Assembly: GCA_964599455.1 (NCBI GenBank)
Contig: CAZREA010000001.1
Location: 419,829 to 480,967, forward strand
DNA from: an uncultured Gammaproteobacteria bacterium
GTDB taxonomy: Bacteria; Patescibacteriota; Patescibacteriia; UBA9934
Length of the DNA: 61,139 bases
Direction of reading: 5' to 3'
Made by a program: the position numbers and the translations under genes. Position 1 is the first letter of the stretch; each line of letters starts with the position of its first letter. A model generated the notes under the pieces. That model worked only from the letters and a program-made list of their open reading frames with translations, did not search any database and was not told the DNA's origin. This document shows, in pieces, positions 50,763-59,966 of the stretch.

Positions 50763-52028
50763 CTAACGAAAGAAGCTGTCTAGTGCAGGATACCAATGTT
50801 TTGCCGATAATTGCATCAACTTTTCTTGAAACGAAGTGTTATCAAACAATTCTCCAATTTTACGTAAAATATCATCATCACATTCTGCCTGTTCATCTTT
50901 ACTCACGCCGCGTTCTCTGCGGTCAAGCGCAAGCGCATGAACTTCACCAAAAAATGCTGGGTAATCGGCAGCTTGAAGGATTTCTGCTCGTTGTCCACGA
51001 AGAGTTTCCGTAATAAATGCACGAACACGAAGATCAGTAAAAGCTCCAGGACGAACGGTGCGCGTTTTCCATTGATGCCAGTAAATTCCTTTGCTCTGTA
51101 CTTCTCCAAAAAGTCTATCAAGCGCCTCTCCTGCAAAACCTAATTCAATACATCGTTGACGAGTATCTTTCACTGTTTCGGCATCAAGATGTTGAAGGCT
51201 AAAAAGTTCAGGAGCGACCACACCCATCCCTACCAATACATACTCACCAACACTATTGAGAAAAGCGTGTTCGAAAGACTCGGGCGTTGATCGCGAAGTT
51301 AATTTATGAACATTCGTCAGCAAACGCTTCTGAATACGGTCTGCTAATAGGGGAAAGAAACTTTCCAAGACACTCAGCTCACGCAAAAATTCAAGAGGGG
51401 TGCGCAAAGACTGAGGATCCCTTTCAGTCAAAAAACTGCGAGTAAAGGTAGCAAGATTATTCACGGGCTCTTGTAACTGTTCAGCAATAGCCTGTGCTCT
51501 TCGAAGACGTTGTAATTCTTGAAGGAAGCCCGTCATAACGACATCCGGTTTCGCCCGCAAAACTTCTTCATGCTGATCAATATCGATCTGTACTTCCTTT
51601 GGTCTTACCAATGCCTTTTGCACCTCAACAAATGAAGCACGTCGCTCCTTTTCTTCATCTCCTTCAAGAAATATCCCATCTTGTGCATCGTAGTAATAAC
51701 GAAGTGAAAAAATCTGTAAACGCCTTGCATTTGGCACCGCTAAATCAGCGGCTCGATCCACGATTCTTTCAAGAAAATTTGGCAGCTGCTGAAGAGTAGC
51801 AGCGTAAATAGTACGACGTTGTTCAGGAGCCGCCGCTACTACTCGCTCTAAAAAAGCAGGAAATACTTCACGTGGACTGTCTTGACCTTCTCGAAAATGC
51901 TCGCGCAAGCTCAAGGCAAGTCTCTGCAAAAGCGCCTGACGCTGTTCAACTCGCTGATCTAAAAGTTCTTCTTGAGATAGTCTTTGTTCTTCTCGAAGCT
52001 CTAAACGCATCCCTCCCATAAAAATCAT
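50763..52028 (-). CDS. Hypothetical protein (421 aa), helical, Gln/Leu/Arg-rich N-terminus
   Basis: Long uninterrupted ORF with native-looking composition. No recognisable catalytic motif. Confidence 0.6.
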   Translation of the reverse strand: MIFMGGMRLELREEQRLSQEELLDQRVEQRQALLQRLALSLREHFREGQDSPREVFPAFLERVVAAAPEQRRTIYAATLQQLPNFLERIVDRAADLAVPNARRLQIFSLRYYYDAQDGIFLEGDEEKERRASFVEVQKALVRPKEVQIDIDQHEEVLRAKPDVVMTGFLQELQRLRRAQAIAEQLQEPVNNLATFTRSFLTERDPQSLRTPLEFLRELSVLESFFPLLADRIQKRLLTNVHKLTSRSTPESFEHAFLNSVGEYVLVGMGVVAPELFSLQHLDAETVKDTRQRCIELGFAGEALDRLFGEVQSKGIYWHQWKTRTVRPGAFTDLRVRAFITETLRGQRAEILQAADYPAFFGEVHALALDRRERGVSKDEQAECDDDILRKIGELFDNTSFQEKLMQLSAKHWYPALDSFFR

Positions 52029-52036
52029 TTATATTT

Positions 52037-52963
52037 TTACTCATGATGCGCCAGAAAACGTTCAGCGTCGAGAGCAGCCATGCACCCCGTACCTGCAGCA
52101 GTTACCGCTTGTCGATAGGTAGGATCCATCACATCGCCACAGGCAAAGACTCCAGGAATATTCGTACGGGTCGATTTACCTTCGGTGACAACATAACCCT
52201 TGATGTCTACCGTGAGTTTATCGGCAAAAAGTTCGGTATTCGGTTTATGACCAATAGCCACAAACAGTCCCTCCGTTTTATATTCGCTGATTTCCCCACT
52301 TTTTACATCACGCAACTTGAGTGCCTCTATTTTTTCAGTTCCGAGTACTTCTTCAATAACGGTATTCATGATGAAAGAAATTTTCGGATTTTTCTTAGCA
52401 CGCTCAAGCATGATATGTGATGCTTTGAAGGTTTCGCTGCGATGAACAATAGTGACCTTTGTCGCAAATCTTGTTAAAAATGTCGCTTCTTCCATAGCAC
52501 TATCACCACCACCGGCAACCACAATCTCCTTTCCACGAAAAAAGAAGCCATCGCACGTTGCACACGCAGAAACACCCTTGCCCTGCAATCGCTCTTCGCC
52601 AGGAATGCCAAGCCATTTTGCCGATGCGCCCGTCGCAATAATGATCGCCTTTGCCTGATGCTGTACACCTCGCGAGGTTGTCAACGTAAAAGGATGATTA
52701 GAGAGATCAACCGCAGTGATCGTATCTTCAACAATCTCCGTTCCGAAACGTGCTGCCTGCTTTTTTAATTTTTCCATGAGTTCAGAACCCAAAACGCCAT
52801 CAGCTTCACCCGGCCAATTCTCAACTTCAGAAGTCAACATTAATTGTCCGCCCGGTTGCAAACCTGCAAACATGACTGGCTCAAGACTTGCACGCGAAGC
52901 ATAAATAGCAGCGGTGTAGCCCGCAGGACCCGAACCGATGATGGCAATATCGCGAAGAGACAT
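52037..52963 (-). CDS. trxB: Thioredoxin-disulfide reductase
   Basis: GSGPAGYTAA FAD motif, redox centre CATCDG, and NADPH motif GGGDSAMEE. Confidence 0.95.
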   Translation of the reverse strand: MSLRDIAIIGSGPAGYTAAIYASRASLEPVMFAGLQPGGQLMLTSEVENWPGEADGVLGSELMEKLKKQAARFGTEIVEDTITAVDLSNHPFTLTTSRGVQHQAKAIIIATGASAKWLGIPGEERLQGKGVSACATCDGFFFRGKEIVVAGGGDSAMEEATFLTRFATKVTIVHRSETFKASHIMLERAKKNPKISFIMNTVIEEVLGTEKIEALKLRDVKSGEISEYKTEGLFVAIGHKPNTELFADKLTVDIKGYVVTEGKSTRTNIPGVFACGDVMDPTYRQAVTAAGTGCMAALDAERFLAHHE

Positions 52964-52976
52964 AGGGGAAAAATCC

Positions 52977-53291
52977 TTAGCTCAAAACACTCGCCAATTT
53001 CTCTTTAAGCACATCTTTCGTTGTCGCACCTTGCAAGCGACCAATTTCCGAACCCGCTTTCATGATGATGAGTGTGGGAATGGAAAGCACATTAAAACGC
53101 ATCGCCAAATCGGGCGCTTCATCAACATTTACTTTAGCAAAAGTAAGATCAGGCATCTCTTGCGCAAGTTCTTCGAAGATTGGTCCCATAGTTCGGCATG
53201 GACCACACCAGGGTGCCCAAAAATCAACCACAACCGGAGCAGTGAATTTGGTCACTTCGGCATCAAAATTTTGTGCAGTAAGAGTAAGCAT
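52977..53291 (-). CDS. trxA: Thioredoxin
   Basis: WAPWCGPC active site. 104 aa. Confidence 0.95.
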   Translation of the reverse strand: MLTLTAQNFDAEVTKFTAPVVVDFWAPWCGPCRTMGPIFEELAQEMPDLTFAKVNVDEAPDLAMRFNVLSIPTLIIMKAGSEIGRLQGATTKDVLKEKLASVLS

Positions 53292-53338
53292 AGGAGTTAG
53301 ATATAATACGGATTGAAAACGGATAGCGACGGATCAAA

Positions 53339-55360
53339 TTACGACACCATCAATGTGCGTGCTTGTAATTCTTCCTGGTAGGCCTCCAGTGTATCACCGA
53401 CTTCCATTTTGGTTTTCCCCAAAAAAGAGACACCGCACTCCTGACCTGCAAGCACATCTTTAACAGATGTTTTACCAACCTGGATTGCCTCGATCTTTCC
53501 TTCACCAATGATTTGTTCCTGACGCATGACACGAAGCGTAGCACCGGGAATGAATTTCCCCTTGCGCATTTTCACCCCAACAATAACGCCCTTGTCGGTC
53601 TTTTTAAAGAGAGCGAGCACCTCGCCCGTTCCAAGTTCGGAATACACCTTTTCGGACGGGAGAAGTTTCTTGAGGTGTTCAACAACACTTTCAAACAGTT
53701 TATAAATAATCGAATGTTCTTCGATGACAATATGTTTTTCTCGAGACAAGTCAGCAATACCCATGCCCGGCTTCACGTTAAAAGCCATGATGATGGCATT
53801 GGCAGCTTCGGCTCGTCCGATATCGGCGTCGGACACGTTACCCAAACCTCTGCCGACAACTTTCACTGCGACGTGCGGATTTTGAATCTTTTCAATCATG
53901 CCAAGCACTGCCTCAAGCGATCCCAACACGTCCGCTTTTACCAACAGATTTAATGTCGGCTTTTTCCCATCTTCTTCTTCATTTGAAGGCTTTTGTGCCA
54001 CCGAAGAAATCTCATCAACACCCGAACGCTTGGATGAAGACGTTTCTTTCAAATCTGACAATGATGCCAAGTCACGTGTGGCTTCAACAATATCACCAAC
54101 CGATGGCGCCGCTTTAAAACCGAGAATTTTCACTGGCGTTGAAGGAGGCGCTTCTTTAAGTGATGTGCCATCAAAAGCCTTCATCGCCCGAACGCGTCCG
54201 TAGTTAATACCACGCACACCAAGATAATCCTGTAAACGCAACGTTCCCGTTTGCACCACAATAGTGGCAAGCGGTCCTTCATTTTTATCGACACGCGATT
54301 CGATGATCGTTCCAATCGCTGCGCGATCGGGATTGGCAACGATATTTTCCTTCTCCATGTCAGCAACAAGCAACAAGACATCAAGAAGACCGTCAATATT
54401 CGTCAATTTCTTGGCTGAGATAGGAACACAAACGGTCTTTCCTCCCCAATCTTCCGGCACCAGCCCTAAATCCGACAACTGCGTCTTCACAAAATCCTGA
54501 TTGGCATCGGGTTTATCGATTTTGTTGATCGCAACCACAAAAGGAAGTTTTGCAGCTTTAATAATATCGATCGCTTCTTTGGTTTGCGGCTGCACACCAT
54601 CGTCGGCAGCGACAACTAAAATAGCAATGTCCGCAACCTTCGCACCACGCGAACGCATAACCGTAAAGGCTTCGTGACCCGGAGTGTCAATAAACGTCAG
54701 CGGTCGACCATTGCGTTCAACCTGATACGCACCAATGTGCTGGGTAATTCCACCCGCTTCGCCCGCGACGACGTTTGCTTTTCGCACGGCGTCGAGCAGC
54801 GACGTTTTCCCATGGTCAACGTGACCCATGACCACGATGACGGGCGGACGAGCCTCGGCATCACCGGACGCTTTTTCATTCTCTTTCACTTGTGCCAAAC
54901 GATTATCCGCTTCACCATCAACAGCTTCTTCTTTTTCTTCTTCAGCTTTTTGCGCAATAAAACCTAAATCTTCCGCAATAATTGCTGCAGAATCGTAATC
55001 GATTCGTTCGTTCAAAGACGCCAAAATACCACTACGCATCAATTCCTGCATGACCTTGGCAACCGGCAAATTAAGTAATGCCGCAAAATCACGCACCGTA
55101 ATCAGCGCAGGAATAGCAACCTGATCAGCAGAACCGGATTGCACGCGTGCCTTTCGTTCGGCACGAGCTTTTTGCTCCTCCATTTTCTTTTGCAAATACA
55201 AGCGCTTTTTGTATTCATTCCAGGCTTTGGAGATTTTACCGACATCACGATCAGGAATTTTGATGGCCTTTCCCCCAATATCAAAGCCAAGTTCCGGCAA
55301 GCGGGAACGCAATTCTTCAGTTGGCACCCGTAACTGACGGGCAAGTTCGGAAATATTCAT
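53339..55360 (-). CDS. infB: Translation initiation factor IF-2
   Basis: Start at ATG 55360 ([10 protein letters not shown]). G domain [21 protein letters not shown]. Confidence 0.95.
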   Translation of the reverse strand: MNISELARQLRVPTEELRSRLPELGFDIGGKAIKIPDRDVGKISKAWNEYKKRLYLQKKMEEQKARAERKARVQSGSADQVAIPALITVRDFAALLNLPVAKVMQELMRSGILASLNERIDYDSAAIIAEDLGFIAQKAEEEKEEAVDGEADNRLAQVKENEKASGDAEARPPVIVVMGHVDHGKTSLLDAVRKANVVAGEAGGITQHIGAYQVERNGRPLTFIDTPGHEAFTVMRSRGAKVADIAILVVAADDGVQPQTKEAIDIIKAAKLPFVVAINKIDKPDANQDFVKTQLSDLGLVPEDWGGKTVCVPISAKKLTNIDGLLDVLLLVADMEKENIVANPDRAAIGTIIESRVDKNEGPLATIVVQTGTLRLQDYLGVRGINYGRVRAMKAFDGTSLKEAPPSTPVKILGFKAAPSVGDIVEATRDLASLSDLKETSSSKRSGVDEISSVAQKPSNEEEDGKKPTLNLLVKADVLGSLEAVLGMIEKIQNPHVAVKVVGRGLGNVSDADIGRAEAANAIIMAFNVKPGMGIADLSREKHIVIEEHSIIYKLFESVVEHLKKLLPSEKVYSELGTGEVLALFKKTDKGVIVGVKMRKGKFIPGATLRVMRQEQIIGEGKIEAIQVGKTSVKDVLAGQECGVSFLGKTKMEVGDTLEAYQEELQARTLMVS

Positions 55361-55557
55361 GTGGGCAAGGATACTGGAGAGAGCCTGATTTGACAACCAA
55401 AGAAACCAATGGTGGCATATACCGGTTCCTTCACTCACCCTAACAGAACCTTTTCTCCACGGTGGAAGGAAGGTCATGCACAAGCCCATTTCTGCGGTAA
55501 GCGACACTGTGCATACGTTATCTTGAGTGAGGGCACCTTTTATGATTCAATAATCTT

Positions 55558-55997
55558 GCCTGTCTCAGGCAAGCGTTTCTGTATCCCCAAACGGCGAGGG
55601 GAGAGAAACGATGGACGCCAACGCGGCATCATCGAGGTCACCTGCGACCTTGCCGTGCCGCTTCAGCACTACGCCATCAACACAAGGGATCAACCACATG
55701 CTCTTCGTCACCTAGCCCCCGCGCCATAGGCGCGGGAACCCTGTAAGAGCCGCAAGGCTCCGGGGCAAAACGTGATGCCGCCGAGAACGGCAACAAGTAC
55801 GAGCCAAAGCTTGAACGCTAGGTTCGTGGTCGGGAACGCGTGTTCCGACTAAGCTCTGCCTTGACCAACGACACGCGTATCGTTGCCGTCACCTCTGTCT
55901 ACACCTCCTGTCCTACTCCATCCTCCATCCTGCTTCCAAAAAGAAAGGAGTCTTCGTTCGAACGCCCCGACCAAGTTGGGGCGTTTCCTTTTATTTT
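55558..55997 (+). ncRNA. Candidate structured noncoding unit ending in a strong terminator (GC-rich island, unit A)
   Basis: Nested helices: cctagc/gctagg, cccgcgcc-atag-gcgcggg, gagcc-gcaa-ggctc, cggcaac/gttgccg and gtcgggaa..ttccgac. Terminator aacgcccc-gaccaagt-tggggcgtt plus a U-run at 55961-97. Only a 34-codon ORF lies inside. The 5' end is a guess. Confidence 0.35.
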
Positions 55998-56435
55998 AAA
56001 GGAAATAACGTTGACACCAAGTTTAAAATCATGATTACATATGTACGTCCCCAAGCGTCCATTTGCGTGTCACCACGCTCTACGGACAGTGCACCCTACA
56101 GCATCCATGACTCGCAAGAGTTATCGTACAACGTGGTACGAAGGATGCATCATACAGGAAACGCACTCCAGCTTGGAACAAGGACCCTCCCGTTCCGAAG
56201 GTTTCGGAACTCCAACTCCTGCCTCCATCGAATTCTCCGAGGTGAACATGACGAAGACCCAGACGCTCTGACGTTTCATACCTGGACGGCGAGAACTCCC
56301 TCAAGCCGGGGCAAGGCCGGCTTCCCTACCAAATGAGTTCGGTAAGGCAAATTCGCGCCAAACCCGCACTCATTCACCCTCCGCCGCCGAGCCTGACCCT
56401 CGGTGGTACACCACCCCTTTCCTCTCGAGGACAAC

Positions 56436-56570
56436 ATGTTCGATCACCTGATCGGCTACGTCCCGAGCAGCGAGGACTTCCGTTCCTTGGCCCTGGAGCC
56501 CGCATTTCTCTCAGCGGCGAGAGCTCCGAACGGCCAGATGAAGATCCTCCTGGACGGGACCAACGTCTGA
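56436..56570 (+). CDS. Small ORF (44 aa) with strong SD and high GC3
   Basis: GAGGA 5 nt upstream of the ATG. About 80 percent G/C at third positions. A 14-bp hairpin at 56588-56625 lies downstream. MFDHLIGYVPSSEDFRSLALEPAFLSAARAPNGQMKILLDGTNV. Confidence 0.45.
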   Translation: MFDHLIGYVPSSEDFRSLALEPAFLSAARAPNGQMKILLDGTNV

Positions 56571-56797
56571 GGCGCCCTGCCTCGCTCACGCACTGTCATC
56601 GGGCTCGCCCTCGATGACAGTGCGTCAACTTTCTTACAGAAAAATATTCCGGCTAAAGGCCGTTTTTTGTTTGACCATTTCCCCTCTACCTGTTTTACTA
56701 TTCGCTCCTCGAAATCGAAACTCGATGAGAGGATCTTCCCGCTCTTAGTAGGCAATAGCTGAAAAGAGTTCACCTGACACGTGGGGATACTAAAGAA

Positions 56798-56962
56798 ATG
56801 GCCGAGATCACATTCGCAATCATCGGAGGAAGCGACGGCGATGTGGACCTCAACGAGGAAGAGACCGCCAAATTTCTGCCCGTTCCCGAGTCCGTCATCT
56901 GCGACCCTGAGACGGTGACGGCTGGACACTTCGAGGTGCAGAGCGTGGTGACGATCGGCTGA
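56798..56962 (+). CDS. Small ORF (54 aa), acidic, high GC3
   Basis: GGGGA upstream. Third positions are mostly G/C. Terminator at 56988-57030 (hairpin plus T8). MAEITFAIIGGSDGDVDLNEEETAKFLPVPESVICDPETVTAGHFEVQSVVTIG. Confidence 0.45.
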   Translation: MAEITFAIIGGSDGDVDLNEEETAKFLPVPESVICDPETVTAGHFEVQSVVTIG

Positions 56963-57158
56963 TCGGCCTCGCTCTCACCTCATCTGTCCCTCGCGCATCT
57001 TTTGATGTGCGGGGGACGTATCTTTTTTTTGAAAAAGGATGAAATGAAAAAGCATCTCCTGAAACAACAGAAAGTTTTACAAAAACGCTTAAATGGTTTA
57101 GCAAACATTTAAATAAACCGGTAGAGTAAAATACGGAATCATAACCATTGAAACACGT

Positions 57159-57956
57159 ATGTCATTTCTCTTGATTGATAAACCATCCGGCATAACGAGC
57201 CATGACGTTGTTGACGTTGTGAGAAAAATCACCGGTGAGCGCCGGGTTGGGCATGCAGGAACTTTAGATCCGTTTGCGTCGGGTTTACTTATTGTTGGCG
57301 TGGGACGAGAAAGCACCAAGTATCTCTCTCATTTTCTTGGTATGGATAAAGCCTATGAAGCCGATATCACGCTCGGGGTTACTACAGCAACACTAGATCC
57401 AGAGAGTCCAGAGGAGATTGTTCCAAAAGAAGGCGAGCAGATTGTCACAGAAGCAGAACTCAGACAAGCAATTCAAGAGCTAACCGGAACACTACAACAA
57501 ATCCCGCCGCAATACGCAGCTATCAAAATCCAAGGCAAAAAAATGTACGAACTCGCACGGGAGGGAAAAACGGTCGATGCGCCGCCGAGAGAAGTAACAG
57601 TGTATGAGTGGAGGGAAAAGTGGGATGGGGCACAAGAAGGCCAGGCGAGCCAGAAGGCCAGAGGATCAAAAAATCTGATGGCTGGCCTACTGGCCCAACT
57701 CTTCCCTCTCCCCGTCACCCTTTCCTTCCATATCCGCGTTTCTTCCGGTACCTACATTCGCGCCCTGGCTCGAGATCTTGGACAGAAATGTGGAACGGGT
57801 GGCTATTTACGCTATTTGCGTCGAACAGCGATTGGGCCGTATACCATTGAACACGCAGTTCCTCTCCATGACCTAACCCCGGAAAACTGGGCCAGTGTTT
57901 CAATTGACTTGGACCCCAACGGGTTGTATCCTAAAAACGCGCGAGAGATGCAATAA
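57159..57956 (+). CDS. truB: tRNA pseudouridine(55) synthase TruB carrying an in-frame palindromic insertion
   Basis: GHAGTLDPFASG catalytic Asp motif; SSGTYIRALARDLG. Confidence 0.93.
   Translation: MSFLLIDKPSGITSHDVVDVVRKITGERRVGHAGTLDPFASGLLIVGVGRESTKYLSHFLGMDKAYEADITLGVTTATLDPESPEEIVPKEGEQIVTEAELRQAIQELTGTLQQIPPQYAAIKIQGKKMYELAREGKTVDAPPREVTVYEWREKWDGAQEGQASQKARGSKNLMAGLLAQLFPLPVTLSFHIRVSSGTYIRALARDLGQKCGTGGYLRYLRRTAIGPYTIEHAVPLHDLTPENWASVSIDLDPNGLYPKNAREMQ
57608..57728. repeat. About 115-bp imperfect palindrome (MITE-like) inside truB
   Basis: Outer arms are ggagggaaaagtgggatgggg and ccccgtcaccctttccttcc. Inner arms are ggccagaggatc and gatggctggcc. Encodes roughly KWDGAQEGQASQKARGSKNLMAGLLAQLFPLPVT. 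Confidence 0.65.
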
Positions 57957-57980
57957 GAAGAAACATCGCGCCCTAAATCT

Positions 57981-59540
57981 ATGCTTTTTACAATCAGTGC
58001 CCTGCTCCTCGGCTTAGCCGGTGGAGCTCTCATTGGATACGCGGTTCGTGTCATACTTTCAAAGCGAAATATTGATTCGGCTGAAGAAAACGCCAAAAAG
58101 ATTCTCGACAATGCCAAGCAAAAAGAGATCTTGGCACTAGAAAACATCAAAAATCAAGAACAGAAATTACTCCTAGAGGCCAAAGAAAAAGCCTTCAAAA
58201 TTGTTGAGGAAGGACAAAAGACCTTACAAGAAAAAGAGCAAGATCTCAAAACATCCCACGATCGCCTCAGTGATCGCGAACGCCGTTTCGACGAAACGCT
58301 TTTAGATTTTGAAAACAAAAAAACACAACTCGAAACCTATAAACAACAACTCGATACCGCAAAAACCACACTTGATACACTTCATATTGAAGCTGAAGCA
58401 AAGCTTGCTCACGTTGCCGGCATGGATAAAGAAACAGCCCTGCAGGAGCTTTTGAAAAAAGTCGAAACCGACAATGAAGAAGCGCTCATGAGCCGCGTGC
58501 GCAAAATGGATCAAATCACCGAAGAAGAGCTTGAAGCGCGTGCACGCAAAATCTTGTCGCTTGCCATTCAGCGCTTTGCCGGTGGTCATGTCGTTGATGC
58601 AACCATCACCTATGTCGAATTGCCGTCTGAGGACATGAAAGGTCGCATTATCGGCAAAGAGGGACGCAACATCAAAGCCATCGAACATCAAACTGGCTGC
58701 GAACTCATTATCGATGACACACCAGGCGTTATTACCATTAGCGGCTTTTCTCCTGTTCGTCGCCAAGTTGCCAAACGCGCACTCGAAATTCTCATGAAAG
58801 ACGGGCGCATTCAGCCAGCGAAGATCGAAGAGGCAATTAAGGAGGCAAAGAATGATTTAGCAAAAGAAATGAAAAAGGCGGGCGAAGATGCGTTGTACGA
58901 ACTAGGCATTCCGGTTCCGAGCATTGATCCAAAACTCATTTCGATTTTGGGTCGTCTGAAATTCCGTACCAGCTACGGACAAAACGTCTTGCAACACTCT
59001 TTGGAAGTCGCTCGTATTGCCGGCATGATCGGTGAAGAGCTGGGTATGGACCCCTTCCCGCTCAAAAAAGGCGGGCTCTTTCATGATATCGGCAAAGCCG
59101 TTGATCATGACATGCAAGGTGCACATCCACAGATCGGCTATAACATCATGAAGAAATTCGGTTTTCCCGAGGATCTCTGCTATCAATCAATTGCGCATCA
59201 TGAAGATCGACCTCGTACCATCGAGGGGGTAGTCGTAAAAGCAGCCGACGCAATCTCTGGCGCGCGCCCCGGAGCGCGACGCAATAGCTTAGAAGAATAT
59301 CTCCAGCGCTTGCAAAACCTCGAAGCAGCGGCCATTAGTTTTGAGGGTGTCGAAAAAGCCTACGCCATTCAGGCTGGTCGCGAGGTGCGCGTATTTGTCG
59401 AGCCCAATACGATTGATGACCTCAAGTCTTACGAACTCGCAAAGCAAATCGCCTTCAAGATCGAAAAAGAGCTTACCTATCCTGGCGAAGTACGTGTCAC
59501 GGTTATTCGCGAAAAACGGGTAATTGAATTCGCTCGATAA
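57981..59540 (+). CDS. rny: Ribonuclease Y
   Basis: N-terminal TM, coiled coil, KH domain (GRIIGKEGRNIKA), HD domain (LFHDIGKA). Confidence 0.95.
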   Translation: MLFTISALLLGLAGGALIGYAVRVILSKRNIDSAEENAKKILDNAKQKEILALENIKNQEQKLLLEAKEKAFKIVEEGQKTLQEKEQDLKTSHDRLSDRERRFDETLLDFENKKTQLETYKQQLDTAKTTLDTLHIEAEAKLAHVAGMDKETALQELLKKVETDNEEALMSRVRKMDQITEEELEARARKILSLAIQRFAGGHVVDATITYVELPSEDMKGRIIGKEGRNIKAIEHQTGCELIIDDTPGVITISGFSPVRRQVAKRALEILMKDGRIQPAKIEEAIKEAKNDLAKEMKKAGEDALYELGIPVPSIDPKLISILGRLKFRTSYGQNVLQHSLEVARIAGMIGEELGMDPFPLKKGGLFHDIGKAVDHDMQGAHPQIGYNIMKKFGFPEDLCYQSIAHHEDRPRTIEGVVVKAADAISGARPGARRNSLEEYLQRLQNLEAAAISFEGVEKAYAIQAGREVRVFVEPNTIDDLKSYELAKQIAFKIEKELTYPGEVRVTVIREKRVIEFAR

Positions 59541-59564
59541 AATGACCGCTTGGTGCATTTGCTC

Positions 59565-59593
59565 TTGACGGATAATCATTCCTTGGCTAATAT
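59565..59593 (+). promoter_or_regulatory. Putative promoter of hup
   Basis: TTGACG-17 nt-TAATAT. Confidence 0.5.
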
Positions 59594-59617
59594 CAGCCCA
59601 TTCTTAATGCTTCTTTT

Positions 59618-59908
59618 ATGAATAAAGCCGAATTGGCACTAAAACTCTCCGAACGCCTGAGTATTCCTAAAAAATTGGCTGAAGATTTTATTGCCCTTTT
59701 TGAAGAATTGATTACCCAAGCACTTGTTACAGGTGAAGAAGTAACAATCGCGGGTTTTGGCACGTTTTCTGCACGCACGCGCACCGCACGCATGGGCGTA
59801 AACCCGCGCAAGCCTCAAGAGAAGATTCAAGTTCCCGAAGTACGTGTGCCAAAATTCAAGGCAGGCAAAGCGCTGAAGGATGCGTTGAAACATAAAAAGG
59901 TGGGCTAG
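59618..59908 (+). CDS. hup: DNA-binding protein HU
   Basis: MNKAEL..GFGTFSARTRTARMGVNPRKPQEKIQVPE..PKFKAGKALKDAL. The last codons and the stop lie in a repeat. Confidence 0.93.
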   Translation: MNKAELALKLSERLSIPKKLAEDFIALFEELITQALVTGEEVTIAGFGTFSARTRTARMGVNPRKPQEKIQVPEVRVPKFKAGKALKDALKHKKVG

Positions 59909-59930
59909 TAGGGCAAGTTAGGCTAGGTAA
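59894..59930. repeat. Partial copy of the GGGCTAG/GGGCAAG-TA repeat end supplying the hup stop codon
   Basis: aaaaaggtgggctagtagggcaagttaggctaggtaa. Compare aaaaaggcgggctag..gggcaaggtaa at 42821-42845 and the E3 ends. Confidence 0.6.
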
Positions 59931-59934
59931 TATA

Positions 59935-59966
59935 AAAATCCACAGAACATCTCTGTGGATTTTTTA
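59935..59966. terminator. Bidirectional terminator
   Basis: aaaaatccacaga-acatc-tctgtggatttttt. Confidence 0.75.

Noticed and set aside
56400-56416. CGGUGGUACACCACC as a second T-box motif upstream of the 44-codon ORF.
   Set aside because: It lacks the ACCGCG continuation, it is simply a self-complementary 5-bp hairpin, and the downstream gene is not an aaRS or amino-acid gene.
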